DNA of 64,000 nucleotides, from IMG/VR virus record IMGVR_UViG_3300048672_000512, positions 1-64,000 of that record, one strand, 5' to 3'. The DNA comes from a virus. The notes beneath the pieces were generated by a model. It had not been told where the DNA came from and searched no databases. It saw nothing but the letters and a program-made list of their open reading frames with translations. The position numbers and the translations under genes were made by a program. Positions 9,911 to 19,556 of the stretch are shown in pieces; positions within the stretch are counted from its first letter, which is position 1, and each line of letters opens with the position of its first letter.

Positions 9911-9983
9911 GTAGCAGGCACTTAAGGGTCTGAACCGGAGTTTAATCGCTCCGGTTCACCTACACTACTAGTTAGCAGGCAGC

Positions 9984-10424
9984 ATGATGCAGATAGAGCA
10001 ACCCTCGCAACAACTTATAGAACTCATATCGTCAACTTATAAAATCAGCGCTGAAGAGGCCTTGCGTCGCTGGTGCTATGCTTATGAGACAGCATCGGTA
10101 TTTGGCTACGATCAGAATTTTGAATTCATTGCGTCGGTGCTTGAGCAGCTTGATTCTAAAGAGCACATGCTTCAACTACCTAGTAGTCCTGACGTAGCCT
10201 TGACAGCGCATAGCAAACCAAGGTCACCTCTTCAGAAGTGGAAAGACAAGTTGCGCAGAAAGAAGTACAAGCTACTTCACCCACCAAAGCACAAACACCA
10301 CACAGCTTTTCATAGATGGCATGCTAGCCTGAGACGTAAAGCTAACAAGTTCTATCAGCCAAAGCATACAATCGGCAGCTCTTCCATACACCTCTTAGCC
10401 TCTGTACTGAACAACCATGACTGA
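9984..10424 (+). CDS. Hypothetical protein with basic His/Lys-rich C-terminus
   Basis: 146-aa ORF overlapping the next gene. Confidence 0.7.
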   Translation: MMQIEQPSQQLIELISSTYKISAEEALRRWCYAYETASVFGYDQNFEFIASVLEQLDSKEHMLQLPSSPDVALTAHSKPRSPLQKWKDKLRRKKYKLLHPPKHKHHTAFHRWHASLRRKANKFYQPKHTIGSSSIHLLASVLNNHD

Positions 10425-11646
10425 CATCAAAAAGATAATCAATGAAACAGTGTCTTCTCCGGAAGAGGCTAGCCGCATGCTTCGCAAGCTTGCGCAAGCT
10501 GTTCAAGAACTGATTTCTGTAGACACGGTTATTAAACGCCAACTTGCCCGAGTAGTGAAAGCTGCGTCGGGCGATGTCGTTTTTGAGATCAGAACTGCAC
10601 CCGGTTCTAGCTCCGGCGGCAAGGCTTTTTCCTCACCTACTCCGAAGGAAACGCCGCGCCTGAAGGTTGAAAACATGGAGCAGCTGCGCAAGGCGTCGGC
10701 TGTTGGCCGTCAGCTGTATGAAACTCGTGCAGATCTGATTGCAACCAAGTCGCGCCTGCGTACGCAGCTTGACGGTTTTCCAAAAGAGCAGATTGACAGG
10801 TGCATTCGCGCTATTGATGAAATGCTGAAGTCCGTCAATGCAAAGATGACGGATCACTTTGCTTTTCTGAGCGGCCTAGCTAAGTCGCATCTGCCGGAAG
10901 CTGTTGGCAAGTTCACAGAAGCTGTGCACAGCATCCTTGAAACCGGTGTTGACTACGAATCTGCAGAAGCGGATTCCTACCTGTTTGAAGAAGACGGTGA
11001 CATCTGCATTGCTCACTACATTCAACTTCGCGGCATGGTTGACGAGGAAGGCACTTCGTTTCCGCGAATGTTTGTTGTGGTTACCTATCGCAGCGGCACT
11101 AGCGAAAGCAGTGGCTACTATCTGAGCGTGCTTACTGAATTCTCGCCTCCTACTTCTGATCTGTTTGTGAAGCGCGTGTCTACTGCTAAGGAAGTTGCAG
11201 CTGGTCTGAATCAACTTCTTGAACTTGACAAGTTTCAAAATTCCATCGGTAGCCTTCCTGTCAAGCTCATGCTCAGTTCGGAACAGGTCAAGCCTGCTGC
11301 TTTTGGCGAAGACCTGAAAAAGGTTCTGCGAGCAATCAAGCTGGAAGACAAGGAAGTGATCTTTGTCACCACGTTCCGTGACAAGACAAAGGCTAATCAG
11401 GTAGCTACCAAGCTTTTCCCTCTGTTCCGTACGATGATAAAGAACAAGGAAAAGGTCAAGCTTCGCATGCGCGTTCTTGCTGTTCCTGAAGGTGAGAAGT
11501 ATGAAGGCGCAATGGCGGTTCACTTCTACCTGCGCATGCCGACGGGTATTCCTGTTGAAGAGTCTGATCTGGAGTTCCTGAAGCTTCGCTTCAACCTCTC
11601 TGACGAAGCTCTGAAGCGTATTGTACGCGAAATCAACCGGGGCTGA
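10417..11646 (+). CDS. Hypothetical protein (possible virion protein)
   Basis: 409-aa ORF. Confidence 0.8.
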   Translation: MTDIKKIINETVSSPEEASRMLRKLAQAVQELISVDTVIKRQLARVVKAASGDVVFEIRTAPGSSSGGKAFSSPTPKETPRLKVENMEQLRKASAVGRQLYETRADLIATKSRLRTQLDGFPKEQIDRCIRAIDEMLKSVNAKMTDHFAFLSGLAKSHLPEAVGKFTEAVHSILETGVDYESAEADSYLFEEDGDICIAHYIQLRGMVDEEGTSFPRMFVVVTYRSGTSESSGYYLSVLTEFSPPTSDLFVKRVSTAKEVAAGLNQLLELDKFQNSIGSLPVKLMLSSEQVKPAAFGEDLKKVLRAIKLEDKEVIFVTTFRDKTKANQVATKLFPLFRTMIKNKEKVKLRMRVLAVPEGEKYEGAMAVHFYLRMPTGIPVEESDLEFLKLRFNLSDEALKRIVREINRG

Positions 11647-11647
11647 A

Positions 11648-12007
11648 ATGCCAACCACATACATCAAGAAGCTAGCGTCTCAAGGAAAGGGCAGCATCCA
11701 GGCTCTTGAAAAGAAGTGGAAGCAAGCTGACAAGCTTGCTACCGAGAATGGCAACGGTCACAAGGATGACTACGCTTACCGAATGAAGATCTTTCAGAAC
11801 CTAGTGCATGCAGCAGCTTTGGAAGATCCGGTTGACAGTGTTGCTTTCGATGTGCCGTTTCTTATTCGTACGCTCGAAGTGATACGCGAAGACGTGAAGT
11901 CTGACACCGAGTTGCACAACATAGTGGAGCGTCTGGTTCAGGCTTCCAAGGAAAAAGGCAGCGCCCTTACAATGCAGGACTATGAGTCCGTGTTTGGCTA
12001 CAAGTAA
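11648..12007 (+). CDS. Hypothetical protein
   Basis: ATG 1 nt after the upstream TGA. Confidence 0.7.
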   Translation: MPTTYIKKLASQGKGSIQALEKKWKQADKLATENGNGHKDDYAYRMKIFQNLVHAAALEDPVDSVAFDVPFLIRTLEVIREDVKSDTELHNIVERLVQASKEKGSALTMQDYESVFGYK

Positions 12008-12123
12008 AAGGAAATTGAATTATGATCAAAGTAGGTAATAATCTTACAGCAGCGCAGATTGCTGCGCTGAACGGGAACCAGGGGGGTTCCGCTGGTGCAG
12101 GATGTGGTTACTGGTGTAGTTTA
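12008..12123 (+). repeat. 5' cassette repeat copy 1 (SD + MIKVG..ALNGNQGVPLVQD.VTGVVY module)
   Basis: Aligns to 19442-19556 with about 12 mostly synonymous substitutions and one extra G. Confidence 0.95.
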
Positions 12124-13664
12124 TGACGGCACAGGCATTGGGCACGCCCCTGGCAACAGGCTTGGTGCATCAGTAGATAAAAACTATTCTTCATGGCCGG
12201 GTGTTACTATTGATTCGCTAACAAGCACTGCCGGATGGTCTTTGACTCAGACAAATGGATCAATTACAGCAGACACCATGAGCGACGGTTCTGCTTGCCT
12301 GAAATTTTTCGCAAATGGGTCTGGCGGGCCGAATCTGTTTATGACCAAAGATATTGGAGACGTCAGATATGACTCGTCAACAAGCTTGGGGGCGTGGATA
12401 GAGGTTAGCGACCCTGGGATCATTGCATCTATAGAGGTTGTAGTAAGCAATGAGGCGGGTGGAACATTTACTAATTGGCGGATTTACAAGTTTGGCGGAA
12501 GCGGAGGCGCAGTATTCCGTGGGCAGAGATACTTCGCTATTGTCAATACAGCGAATGCTACTTTGGGTGGCGGGTCACCAGCTACCGCAGGCTCCTGGAA
12601 GTCTTTCCGAATAAGAGTTACCTCGTCATACCAAAGCCACGCCGGATGGATAAAGATAAGCAACTTGATGGTTGCGCCTACTACTCGCCCAAAAGTTTGT
12701 ATTACGTTTGACGATGGGTTCGCATCTCAGTATTACGAGGCTTTTAGGTATATGTAAAAGTATGGCATACCTGGAACCCTTGGAGTAACACAAAGTCTGA
12801 TAGGCGTGGCCAACTACTGCACCTTGGCACAGCTACAAGCTATGTATGCGGCCGGATGGTCGGTGGTGCCTCATGCGGTGACACATGTCGGATTCAACGG
12901 CACCGGCAATGCTACGCTACCAAACAGTATTGCACAGGCACAGACACCAGTTGGCGCTGGAGCACTCACGCTGAATGGTTCAGTTGGCACTGCCGCATTT
13001 GATGCTCCGCGTCACGTATGTGTACGTTCGGCAAGTGACCAAGGCAGGATAATCACAATAACGGGGCTCGATGCTACTGGTGGTGCGTTGTCAGAAGATT
13101 TATATACCTGGACTGGTAGTACGCCGGTTCCTACATTAAATCTTTTCAGCAAAGTCAACTCTGTATCTATCGATGCTGCAGCTACTGGAGCAATTACAAT
13201 AGGGCAGTCTCTAAGCATACTAGAAATGACTGCTCAGATTGTAGGGCCGCGAAGCTACGTTATTGCAAATGGTATGCCGAGGGGAGCCTACGACTGGATA
13301 TACCCTAGTGGCGAATTCAACACCTCTTCTACCGCACTGATGTCCTCTTTGGGCATGCGCTCTGCACGTATCGTTGGCGGTCAGGGTCAGTCGCCACAAA
13401 TGGGTGATTTCAGAAAGTATGAGCTGCCAGGGTACGGCGGGGGCGGATCGTCAATGACTGCCGCAACAATGCTTGCATGTGTAGACAATGCAATCGCCGA
13501 GGGCAGAAATCTTGTCATATACTTACACGAGCTAATTCAGGCAGGGTCTCCAACTAGCACAGACACTTGTGAGTGAACTTATATCTTTTATAGACGGGTG
13601 TGCATCTCGTGGGGCAGCAGGTAAGTGTGATTTTATAACGCAAACAGAGATTCCCGTATCTTAG
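12022..13664 (+). pseudogene. Disrupted NodB-type polysaccharide deacetylase, tail-associated
   Basis: TFDDG and HAVTH motifs; +1 G in G6 at 12081-12086; in-frame TAA at 12755-12757 (YM*KYGIPGT); further frameshift near 13565 with a plausible C-terminus LVSELISFIDGC... to 13664. Confidence 0.8.
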
Positions 13665-13687
13665 TAGACAGCAACTGAAACCTACAA

Positions 13688-13776
13688 CCAAGCCTCCACC
13701 CGGAGGCTTTTCCACGCTACACTACGGCCATCATGAAAAATTTCAAAACCTTTTTCACGTCGATCTGGTCAGGTGT
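13688..13776 (+). repeat. 3' cassette repeat copy 1 (terminator plus start of a small ORF)
   Basis: 89 bp matching 20893-20980 with about 4 substitutions and one indel; contains the hairpin AAGCCTCC-accc-GGAGGCTT-TT. Confidence 0.95.
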
Positions 13777-13867
13777 GATGCCTCCGGTTGCTATACCTAA
13801 AGTACCTAACAAGCAGGTTACGGTTCCAGGTTTTGCAAAGCAGATCACGCCGACTGGTTCAGCTTAG
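13733..13867 (+). CDS. Small 44-aa hypothetical protein (MKNFKTFFTSIWSGVMPP...)
   Basis: Read by hand; sits between two terminators; a broken remnant lies at 20938-20982. Confidence 0.45.
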   Translation: MKNFKTFFTSIWSGVMPPVAIPKVPNKQVTVPGFAKQITPTGSA

Positions 13868-13869
13868 CT

Positions 13870-13893
13870 AAAGCCCCCGGGCGGAGGCTTTTT
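13870..13893 (+). terminator. Intrinsic terminator
   Basis: AAAGCC...GGCTTTTT hairpin. Confidence 0.7.
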
Positions 13894-13966
13894 CACATAC
13901 CCGCCAAGCCTTGATCTAAAATCATCTTCAACCAGGCTATCAGCCTTTTCAGTAGGTTAAAGAAAA

Positions 13967-14641
13967 ATGTCACTAATCAAAGCAAAACAGATTGATAAAG
14001 TCCTGGGTACACTCAGGACCGCAAGCAGCGCCTTTACCGTTGCAACCGGAGCTTCAGTTAACGTAACTACTGCGTTTACTGGCAAGACCTCTGGTGGTAG
14101 CAACACGGCAGTCGGTGTGTTCACCTCGTCGCCTGCAAACAAGGTAGTAATAATCATCAGCACTACGGGCAAGCCCCTGACGGATGCTGGTGGTGCTAAC
14201 GAGGTTTACGGGCGTCTGACATTCGCTGCAGCGGTGTGGACTCTTACCTTCTACTCTGGTAACGACGTTCCCTACACTATCTCTGCAGGGCACCCTTCGC
14301 TTGGCGTAGTAGCAAACATCATTTACGGCGAAGCGGTTCAGCTTAGCAACATCAACGCAACCGACGTTATCTACGGTCTGGATAGCATCGATGAAACCAG
14401 CGTTGACTCATCACGCCATGCTCACGTCAATGAAGTGATAGCGGTTACCAGCAACGGGCAGACCGCGTTTACTCTAACGGGAACTCCGTTGGACGTCACG
14501 CTAGTTGAAATGCAGGTCAACGGTCAGAATATGCAGGACCGGATTTCTGTCAGTGGCACAACTGTGACGTACACGGCAACGGACTTTCCTCTGGAAACCA
14601 CGGATACTGTGCGATTTATTTATACCAAAGCTGCGCTTTGA
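13967..14641 (+). CDS. Putative tail/virion accessory protein
   Basis: Thr/Gly/Ser-rich beta-type sequence; C-terminal GQTAFTL...VNG...TTD.V.F.Y domain shared with 21121..21708. Confidence 0.6.
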   Translation: MSLIKAKQIDKVLGTLRTASSAFTVATGASVNVTTAFTGKTSGGSNTAVGVFTSSPANKVVIIISTTGKPLTDAGGANEVYGRLTFAAAVWTLTFYSGNDVPYTISAGHPSLGVVANIIYGEAVQLSNINATDVIYGLDSIDETSVDSSRHAHVNEVIAVTSNGQTAFTLTGTPLDVTLVEMQVNGQNMQDRISVSGTTVTYTATDFPLETTDTVRFIYTKAAL

Positions 14642-14666
14642 TTGAACTAAGGAAAAAGGAAAAGAT

Positions 14667-14978
14667 ATGATTAAGATATCAAGCTCTGATGCAGGAACGG
14701 ATAGCTGGCTCAAGTTGCATGCTGGTGGGAATTTGGATGCCCTGATTACAGGTGCTATCACTCGTGATGCCAGTGGAGTTATCACCTCAGCTGGTGTGGT
14801 GTGGCCGGATGGAACAAGTGGTGTTTTCACTGCTACTGCTATTGACTCAACCTGGGGTGCGATCAATAGCTACACGGTAACTTATGTAGGTAGTACCACA
14901 AAGACTGTAACTCAGCCAACCATGACTCGTGATGCCAATGGGTCGGTTAGTAATCGCCCGGCAATGACGGTAGCATAA
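14667..14978 (+). CDS. Putative tail-associated protein
   Basis: 103 aa; ITRDASG..WPDG pattern; strong SD. Confidence 0.6.
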   Translation: MIKISSSDAGTDSWLKLHAGGNLDALITGAITRDASGVITSAGVVWPDGTSGVFTATAIDSTWGAINSYTVTYVGSTTKTVTQPTMTRDANGSVSNRPAMTVA

Positions 14979-14989
14979 GGAGAAAATAA

Positions 14990-16258
14990 ATGGGAATTTT
15001 AGATAAACCGGGATTGAGTTTTAGCGCGGCGCAGCGGGCTGCTCTTGGTGGGAATCAAGGGGTTCCGCTTGTGCAGGATGCGGTTACTGGGGTTGTTTAT
15101 GACCGGATTGGTAGTATAACCCCTATGGTCAGTTTTTCTGCGATTACTAATATACAGGCACTATTACCAATTGCTCAAACACTCATGTCGGCGACCTCAC
15201 AGGAGGTATATATTACCGCAACTGGAGACAGCCTTATCCAACTTGGCGGCGATACTGCGGCACAAAGTAGCGATGTTCTAGCAGAGAGGGATGGGTTCGT
15301 CGCGCAATTACGCACCCAGATCAATAGCAGACTAGGCACACCAGATGGTGGGCAGTGGCTACCTGCACAGGCCAGCCCTAGCGATACGCGCGTCAGTAAC
15401 AGCGGATCGCCAGTCATAGTTGCCAACTGGGGTCCATATAATGCGTATCGTAATAGCAGTAGCGTAACTGTTAGTCGTAGCGCGATTTCGCTGGAAAGTG
15501 CAGGCCATAATATCTCATGGACCGTCTACGGCAGGTATTTGGACGTAGAGATTTGGGAAAATGCCCCGACTTATGTCGGCACTGCAAGTTGGACGGTAGA
15601 CGGCAGTGGCGGGGGCACTATAAATTCAAATGGTGGGGCGGGGGCTACTGATACATACCGCACCGTGCGACTGGACTTAGGGTCTGATGCCTCTCATGTC
15701 GTGTCTGTCAGTTGGGCTACTGGTAAGGTGTTAGCTACCGGAGCAACTATTACACGCGGACGTGGGGTTGTTTCAAGGCGATTTGGATTTGGTGGCAGTA
15801 AGGCTAGCACTTGGACTGGATTATCTACAAAAGTTCAGCGGACAAGCTTTAGTACGCTGGTAACGCATCTACACATAATCAGGTTTTCGTTTAATGACTG
15901 GGCTAACCAAGTCGCTGATGGTTTATCCATTAGCGGGTTTACGGCAAATGTTCAGTCACTAATCACGCTTGCTCTTGCAAACACTAATGTAAAATCTGTT
16001 TTGTTGGTTGCTGACCCAGTATCTTCAACCGCAGACAACAAGTCTATACTATATAGACAGTTTTCAGATGCACTCAAGGGTTTGGCAGTAGGTAAAGTAG
16101 CCTTTTATGACGTAGATGCGTCCACTAATAGCACTTATAACGCAGGGAATACAGCTGGCTACTATGTTGATTTTGTGCATCGGACTGGCGCTGGGTACGC
16201 GGCAGAAGCTCGATATCTTGCTGAGGCACTGATTAATCCTAGTCTGTTGAAGACATGA
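14990..16258 (+). CDS. SGNH/GDSL hydrolase (esterase), tail-associated
   Basis: GDSL block I, SFND block III, DFVH (DxxH) block V; N-terminal GNQGVPLVQDAVTGVVY module. Confidence 0.8.
   Translation: MGILDKPGLSFSAAQRAALGGNQGVPLVQDAVTGVVYDRIGSITPMVSFSAITNIQALLPIAQTLMSATSQEVYITATGDSLIQLGGDTAAQSSDVLAERDGFVAQLRTQINSRLGTPDGGQWLPAQASPSDTRVSNSGSPVIVANWGPYNAYRNSSSVTVSRSAISLESAGHNISWTVYGRYLDVEIWENAPTYVGTASWTVDGSGGGTINSNGGAGATDTYRTVRLDLGSDASHVVSVSWATGKVLATGATITRGRGVVSRRFGFGGSKASTWTGLSTKVQRTSFSTLVTHLHIIRFSFNDWANQVADGLSISGFTANVQSLITLALANTNVKSVLLVADPVSSTADNKSILYRQFSDALKGLAVGKVAFYDVDASTNSTYNAGNTAGYYVDFVHRTGAGYAAEARYLAEALINPSLLKT
15049..15099 (+). repeat. 51-bp perfect repeat of 19506-19556
   Basis: TGGGAATCAAGGGGTTCCGCTTGTGCAGGATGCGGTTACTGGGGTTGTTTA at both loci. 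Confidence 0.95.
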
Positions 16259-16285
16259 CAGTGGCACATTACCATAGCAACAACC

Positions 16286-16309
16286 AAAGCCTCCACCCGG
16301 AGGCTTTTT
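16286..16309 (+). terminator. Intrinsic terminator (same family as 13690 and 20895)
   Basis: AAAGCCTCC-accc-GGAGGCTTTTT. Confidence 0.85.
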
Positions 16310-16402
16310 CACACCCACCCATTCCCAGCCCCTTCCACCACACCAAACCCTAAAATCTGTACCGATCCTCACATTATCAGAGTTCAAATAGGCTAAAACA
16401 GA

Positions 16403-19330
16403 ATGTCACAAATCCAAGGCAAACAAGTTCAACCAGCATCGGCAACAGTCCCTGGAGTTGTGACTACCGGGGCTCAGACGTTTGCTGGTGCAAAGACGTT
16501 TACGGCTAACTGCCTTACCTCGTTCTCTTCCACAGGTTCGGTAAGCTACACGCTGGTTAATAACAACGCGGGAACTGCAGCGGATGCCGGGTACGTACTA
16601 GACAACGGTACTTACACTGGCGGCGTAATTCTGCGAGGTTCTGCATATGCGGCTACACCAAACAGAGTTTCGCTGCACTCTTCCGGGGGTACGCTGTCTT
16701 CTATTTCGTTCATAACCAATGGGGTTGAGCGAATAGTTCTGGACACAACGTCGTTTACCTCAACGGTTCCTTTTGTTGGCAGCCTGACTGGAAACGCTTC
16801 CACGTCTACTGCTCTGCAGACAGGAAGGACGTTCTCGTTAACTGGTGACGCAACAGGCACTTCAGCAGCTTTCACTGGTGCGGCTAATGCCTCTATTCCT
16901 GTCACGCTTGCTAACTCAGGTGTTACTGCTGCCACTTATGGATCAAACGGAAACATTCCAGTTATCACTTTCAATACGAAAGGTATTGCAACAAGCGCGA
17001 CCAGCACACCTCTGACTTTCCTTAATAATGTTGGAAGCAGCGATGCCAATACGGATAATGGTATTGGTATGCGTAGTCTTATTTGGACTACTGGTTCGTC
17101 TAACTTCCCTTCAGTAGCAGGTATTGGGTTTGAAGTTAGGCGGGCATCAGGGTCTGGTTCGGATGCAGGGACGTTTCAGTTTGCTACAACCAATGATGCA
17201 ACCGGAAACGTCTATTTCCGAAAAGTCATCGGGTATTCCTCTGGAGACACTTGGTCCGACTGGGCGCAACTACTGTATAACGGTACGTCCTACATGCAAG
17301 CAGTAGGTAGAAGCAACTCATGGGGAAATACGAACGGCACCCTTACCGGCGCGTTCAACGCAATCATGGGGACAAGCGCATCTGCAACTTGGCTTGTTTC
17401 AGGCACGAGTGCGGGTACTTTCCGTGGTGGTATTCAGTTGCTGGATGCCGGGGGTGCTATGCGCTTGTACACCGGACCAACTACCTACACTGAGTACACC
17501 GGAAACAACATAAACATGGTTTCCGGTTCCACGTTGACAACCACAACTGTCAATGCGGTTACCGTTACTTCCAATAACAACACTACAGGTTCAAACTCGC
17601 TGACTATACTGAACAGCAACGGAGGTTCTGGGGCAGACGCTAGGTTGCTATTGAGCAACGGAGCAAACACTGGTGGCTTGATAATCCGCTCCGCCGCCTT
17701 CTCAGCACCTAATCGTGTAACCCTGTATTCTAGTGCTACCACTGCTTCCAACGTCTCCATAAACACCAACGGTATCGATCGTGTTGTGGTGGACAACTCC
17801 ACAGTAACCTCAACACTCCCGTATGTGAGCAGTGTAGGCTTTCAAGGTAACGCTTCAGACACAGTAACCACACCTAGCTTTTCATGGTCGGGGGATACAA
17901 CAACTGGTCTTTACCGACCTGCGGCGTCACAGGTAGGCGTAGCGCTTGGTGGCAGCAACATTGCTACCTTCTCGGCAGCAGGTATAACGCTATCTAACAC
18001 TGCGTCCTACGCTGACACTCTGTACAACAGAATTCAAAGTCCTGGTGGTGGACTTTCTGTTGGCACTGTTGGATCTCAACCGGGCGCAATTAGAATAACG
18101 CTGCCTGTTGGTTGGACGAATACCCTGTTGCGGTTTACCGTCAAGGTTTTCAACTACGCTACCGGGGCAGGCTTTGATGCAGTGGTAGCAGGGTACAACT
18201 ATGCTCCGACTAGTGTGTGGTATAATCCAACCGCCTATATAGTAGGACAGTCAGATGTAAATCGCAATTTCACTATTCGCTTTGGTTACACAGCCGGAGG
18301 AAAAGCTTGCGTCTATATCGGGGAACTAGGCTCTACTTGGCAATTCCCGCAGGTGTACGTCACTGATGTTCAGCTTGGTTACGGTGGATACAACTCTAAC
18401 TGGGCTACCGGCTGGTCTGTTGGTTTTGAAAGCACTGCTTTTGAATCAGTATCCCAAACCGTAAGCACGCCGCAAGTGGGCTACGCTACCTCAACGAACA
18501 CTGTCAATGCTAATGTTCTGAGAGACGGCTCGGGCAACTTCTCTGCAGGAACCATAACTGCCAAGTTTAACGGTTCCTCCAACATGATAGCAGTGTCGGA
18601 CGGTACTACGTTCCCAACTGCAGTGTCGAGCGTAGCAACGTCGGGTTCTCGATCCGTAGACTTAGCGCCTAACACTTATCAGCGCACTGTTGCAGCGGAG
18701 TTCAAGAACTCGTCACTATACGGGTTTACTGGTAACTACACTGGCCTGGTTACTATTGCTCCCTACGTTGGGACTGTAGCTTCCACGGGAGATGCGAACT
18801 ACCAACTTGCGTTTCACCCGTCTGGCGCTGGTAGCGCCATTAGTCCGTCCTTGAAGTTCCGTGCGGGACTAGACACAACCTGGGGTTCGTGGAGTGAGAT
18901 CTTACATTCAGGAAATGTCGGTAATTACGCCGCAAGCCAAACCACCGGAACGTTTACCCCAACCATAGCCGGGACCGTTGTAGCTGGAACTGGGTCTTAC
19001 TCTCTACAGCGTGGTCGGTACACAAAGACTGGAAATGTTGTTAACTTCAGCCTACACATAGCTTGGAACTCTCACTCCGGCACTGGTAACTTCTATGTAC
19101 TAGGTCTTCCGTTTACCTCTTCTAATGCTTCCGCCTACGATTTTTGGCCGGTTACTATCTCAGCTATTGGTCTTACGTGGACTGCTGGTTGGCAGTTATC
19201 TGCGAGAATCCCTGGAAATAATACCGCTATTGAGATACAACAGATTGATCCGGCTACAGGAACATTCTTGGGTGTCCCTATGGATACCAATGTCACTTCG
19301 TTAATAGTATCTGGCTTTTACAACGTGTAA
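16403..19330 (+). CDS. Long tail fibre protein
   Basis: 975 aa, G/S/T/N-rich; fibre motifs QTFAGAKTF, FSLTGDATG, GTYSW/TWGSWSEI; C-terminal TFTPT...GRYTKTGNVV knob. Confidence 0.85.
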   Translation: MSQIQGKQVQPASATVPGVVTTGAQTFAGAKTFTANCLTSFSSTGSVSYTLVNNNAGTAADAGYVLDNGTYTGGVILRGSAYAATPNRVSLHSSGGTLSSISFITNGVERIVLDTTSFTSTVPFVGSLTGNASTSTALQTGRTFSLTGDATGTSAAFTGAANASIPVTLANSGVTAATYGSNGNIPVITFNTKGIATSATSTPLTFLNNVGSSDANTDNGIGMRSLIWTTGSSNFPSVAGIGFEVRRASGSGSDAGTFQFATTNDATGNVYFRKVIGYSSGDTWSDWAQLLYNGTSYMQAVGRSNSWGNTNGTLTGAFNAIMGTSASATWLVSGTSAGTFRGGIQLLDAGGAMRLYTGPTTYTEYTGNNINMVSGSTLTTTTVNAVTVTSNNNTTGSNSLTILNSNGGSGADARLLLSNGANTGGLIIRSAAFSAPNRVTLYSSATTASNVSINTNGIDRVVVDNSTVTSTLPYVSSVGFQGNASDTVTTPSFSWSGDTTTGLYRPAASQVGVALGGSNIATFSAAGITLSNTASYADTLYNRIQSPGGGLSVGTVGSQPGAIRITLPVGWTNTLLRFTVKVFNYATGAGFDAVVAGYNYAPTSVWYNPTAYIVGQSDVNRNFTIRFGYTAGGKACVYIGELGSTWQFPQVYVTDVQLGYGGYNSNWATGWSVGFESTAFESVSQTVSTPQVGYATSTNTVNANVLRDGSGNFSAGTITAKFNGSSNMIAVSDGTTFPTAVSSVATSGSRSVDLAPNTYQRTVAAEFKNSSLYGFTGNYTGLVTIAPYVGTVASTGDANYQLAFHPSGAGSAISPSLKFRAGLDTTWGSWSEILHSGNVGNYAASQTTGTFTPTIAGTVVAGTGSYSLQRGRYTKTGNVVNFSLHIAWNSHSGTGNFYVLGLPFTSSNASAYDFWPVTISAIGLTWTAGWQLSARIPGNNTAIEIQQIDPATGTFLGVPMDTNVTSLIVSGFYNV

Positions 19331-19375
19331 CAGGACTAACGCTTTTATAACCTTCGCCACTTACAACAGCGTCTC

Positions 19376-19402
19376 AGCCGAGCTAAGAATCTTAGCTCGG
19401 CT
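19376..19402. terminator. Perfect 12-bp stem-loop after the tail fibre gene
   Basis: AGCCGAGCTAAG-aat-CTTAGCTCGGCT. Confidence 0.65.
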
Positions 19403-19441
19403 TCTCACACCCGAGGTAAAATAGAAGTCTCGGGGACTAAC

Positions 19442-19556
19442 AAGGAAATTGAATTATGATCAAAGTAGGTAGTAATCTTACAGCTGCGCAGATCGCTGCG
19501 CTTAATGGGAATCAAGGGGTTCCGCTTGTGCAGGATGCGGTTACTGGGGTTGTTTA
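19442..19556 (+). repeat. 5' cassette repeat copy 2
   Basis: Aligns to 12008-12123. Confidence 0.95.

Noticed and set aside
10876-11667. 263-aa antisense ORF
   Set aside because: It is a shadow of the codon-biased + strand gene; the same applies to 32969-33724 and 9041-9757.
12755-12757. In-frame TAA as evidence of stop-codon reassignment
   Set aside because: This is a single case. TAA, TAG and TGA all end normal genes in the window, and the same gene has frameshifts.
12008-19556. Diversity-generating retroelement template/variable repeat pair
   Set aside because: Mismatches are mostly synonymous and not adenine-specific, lie at the 5' end of the genes, and no reverse transcriptase is seen.
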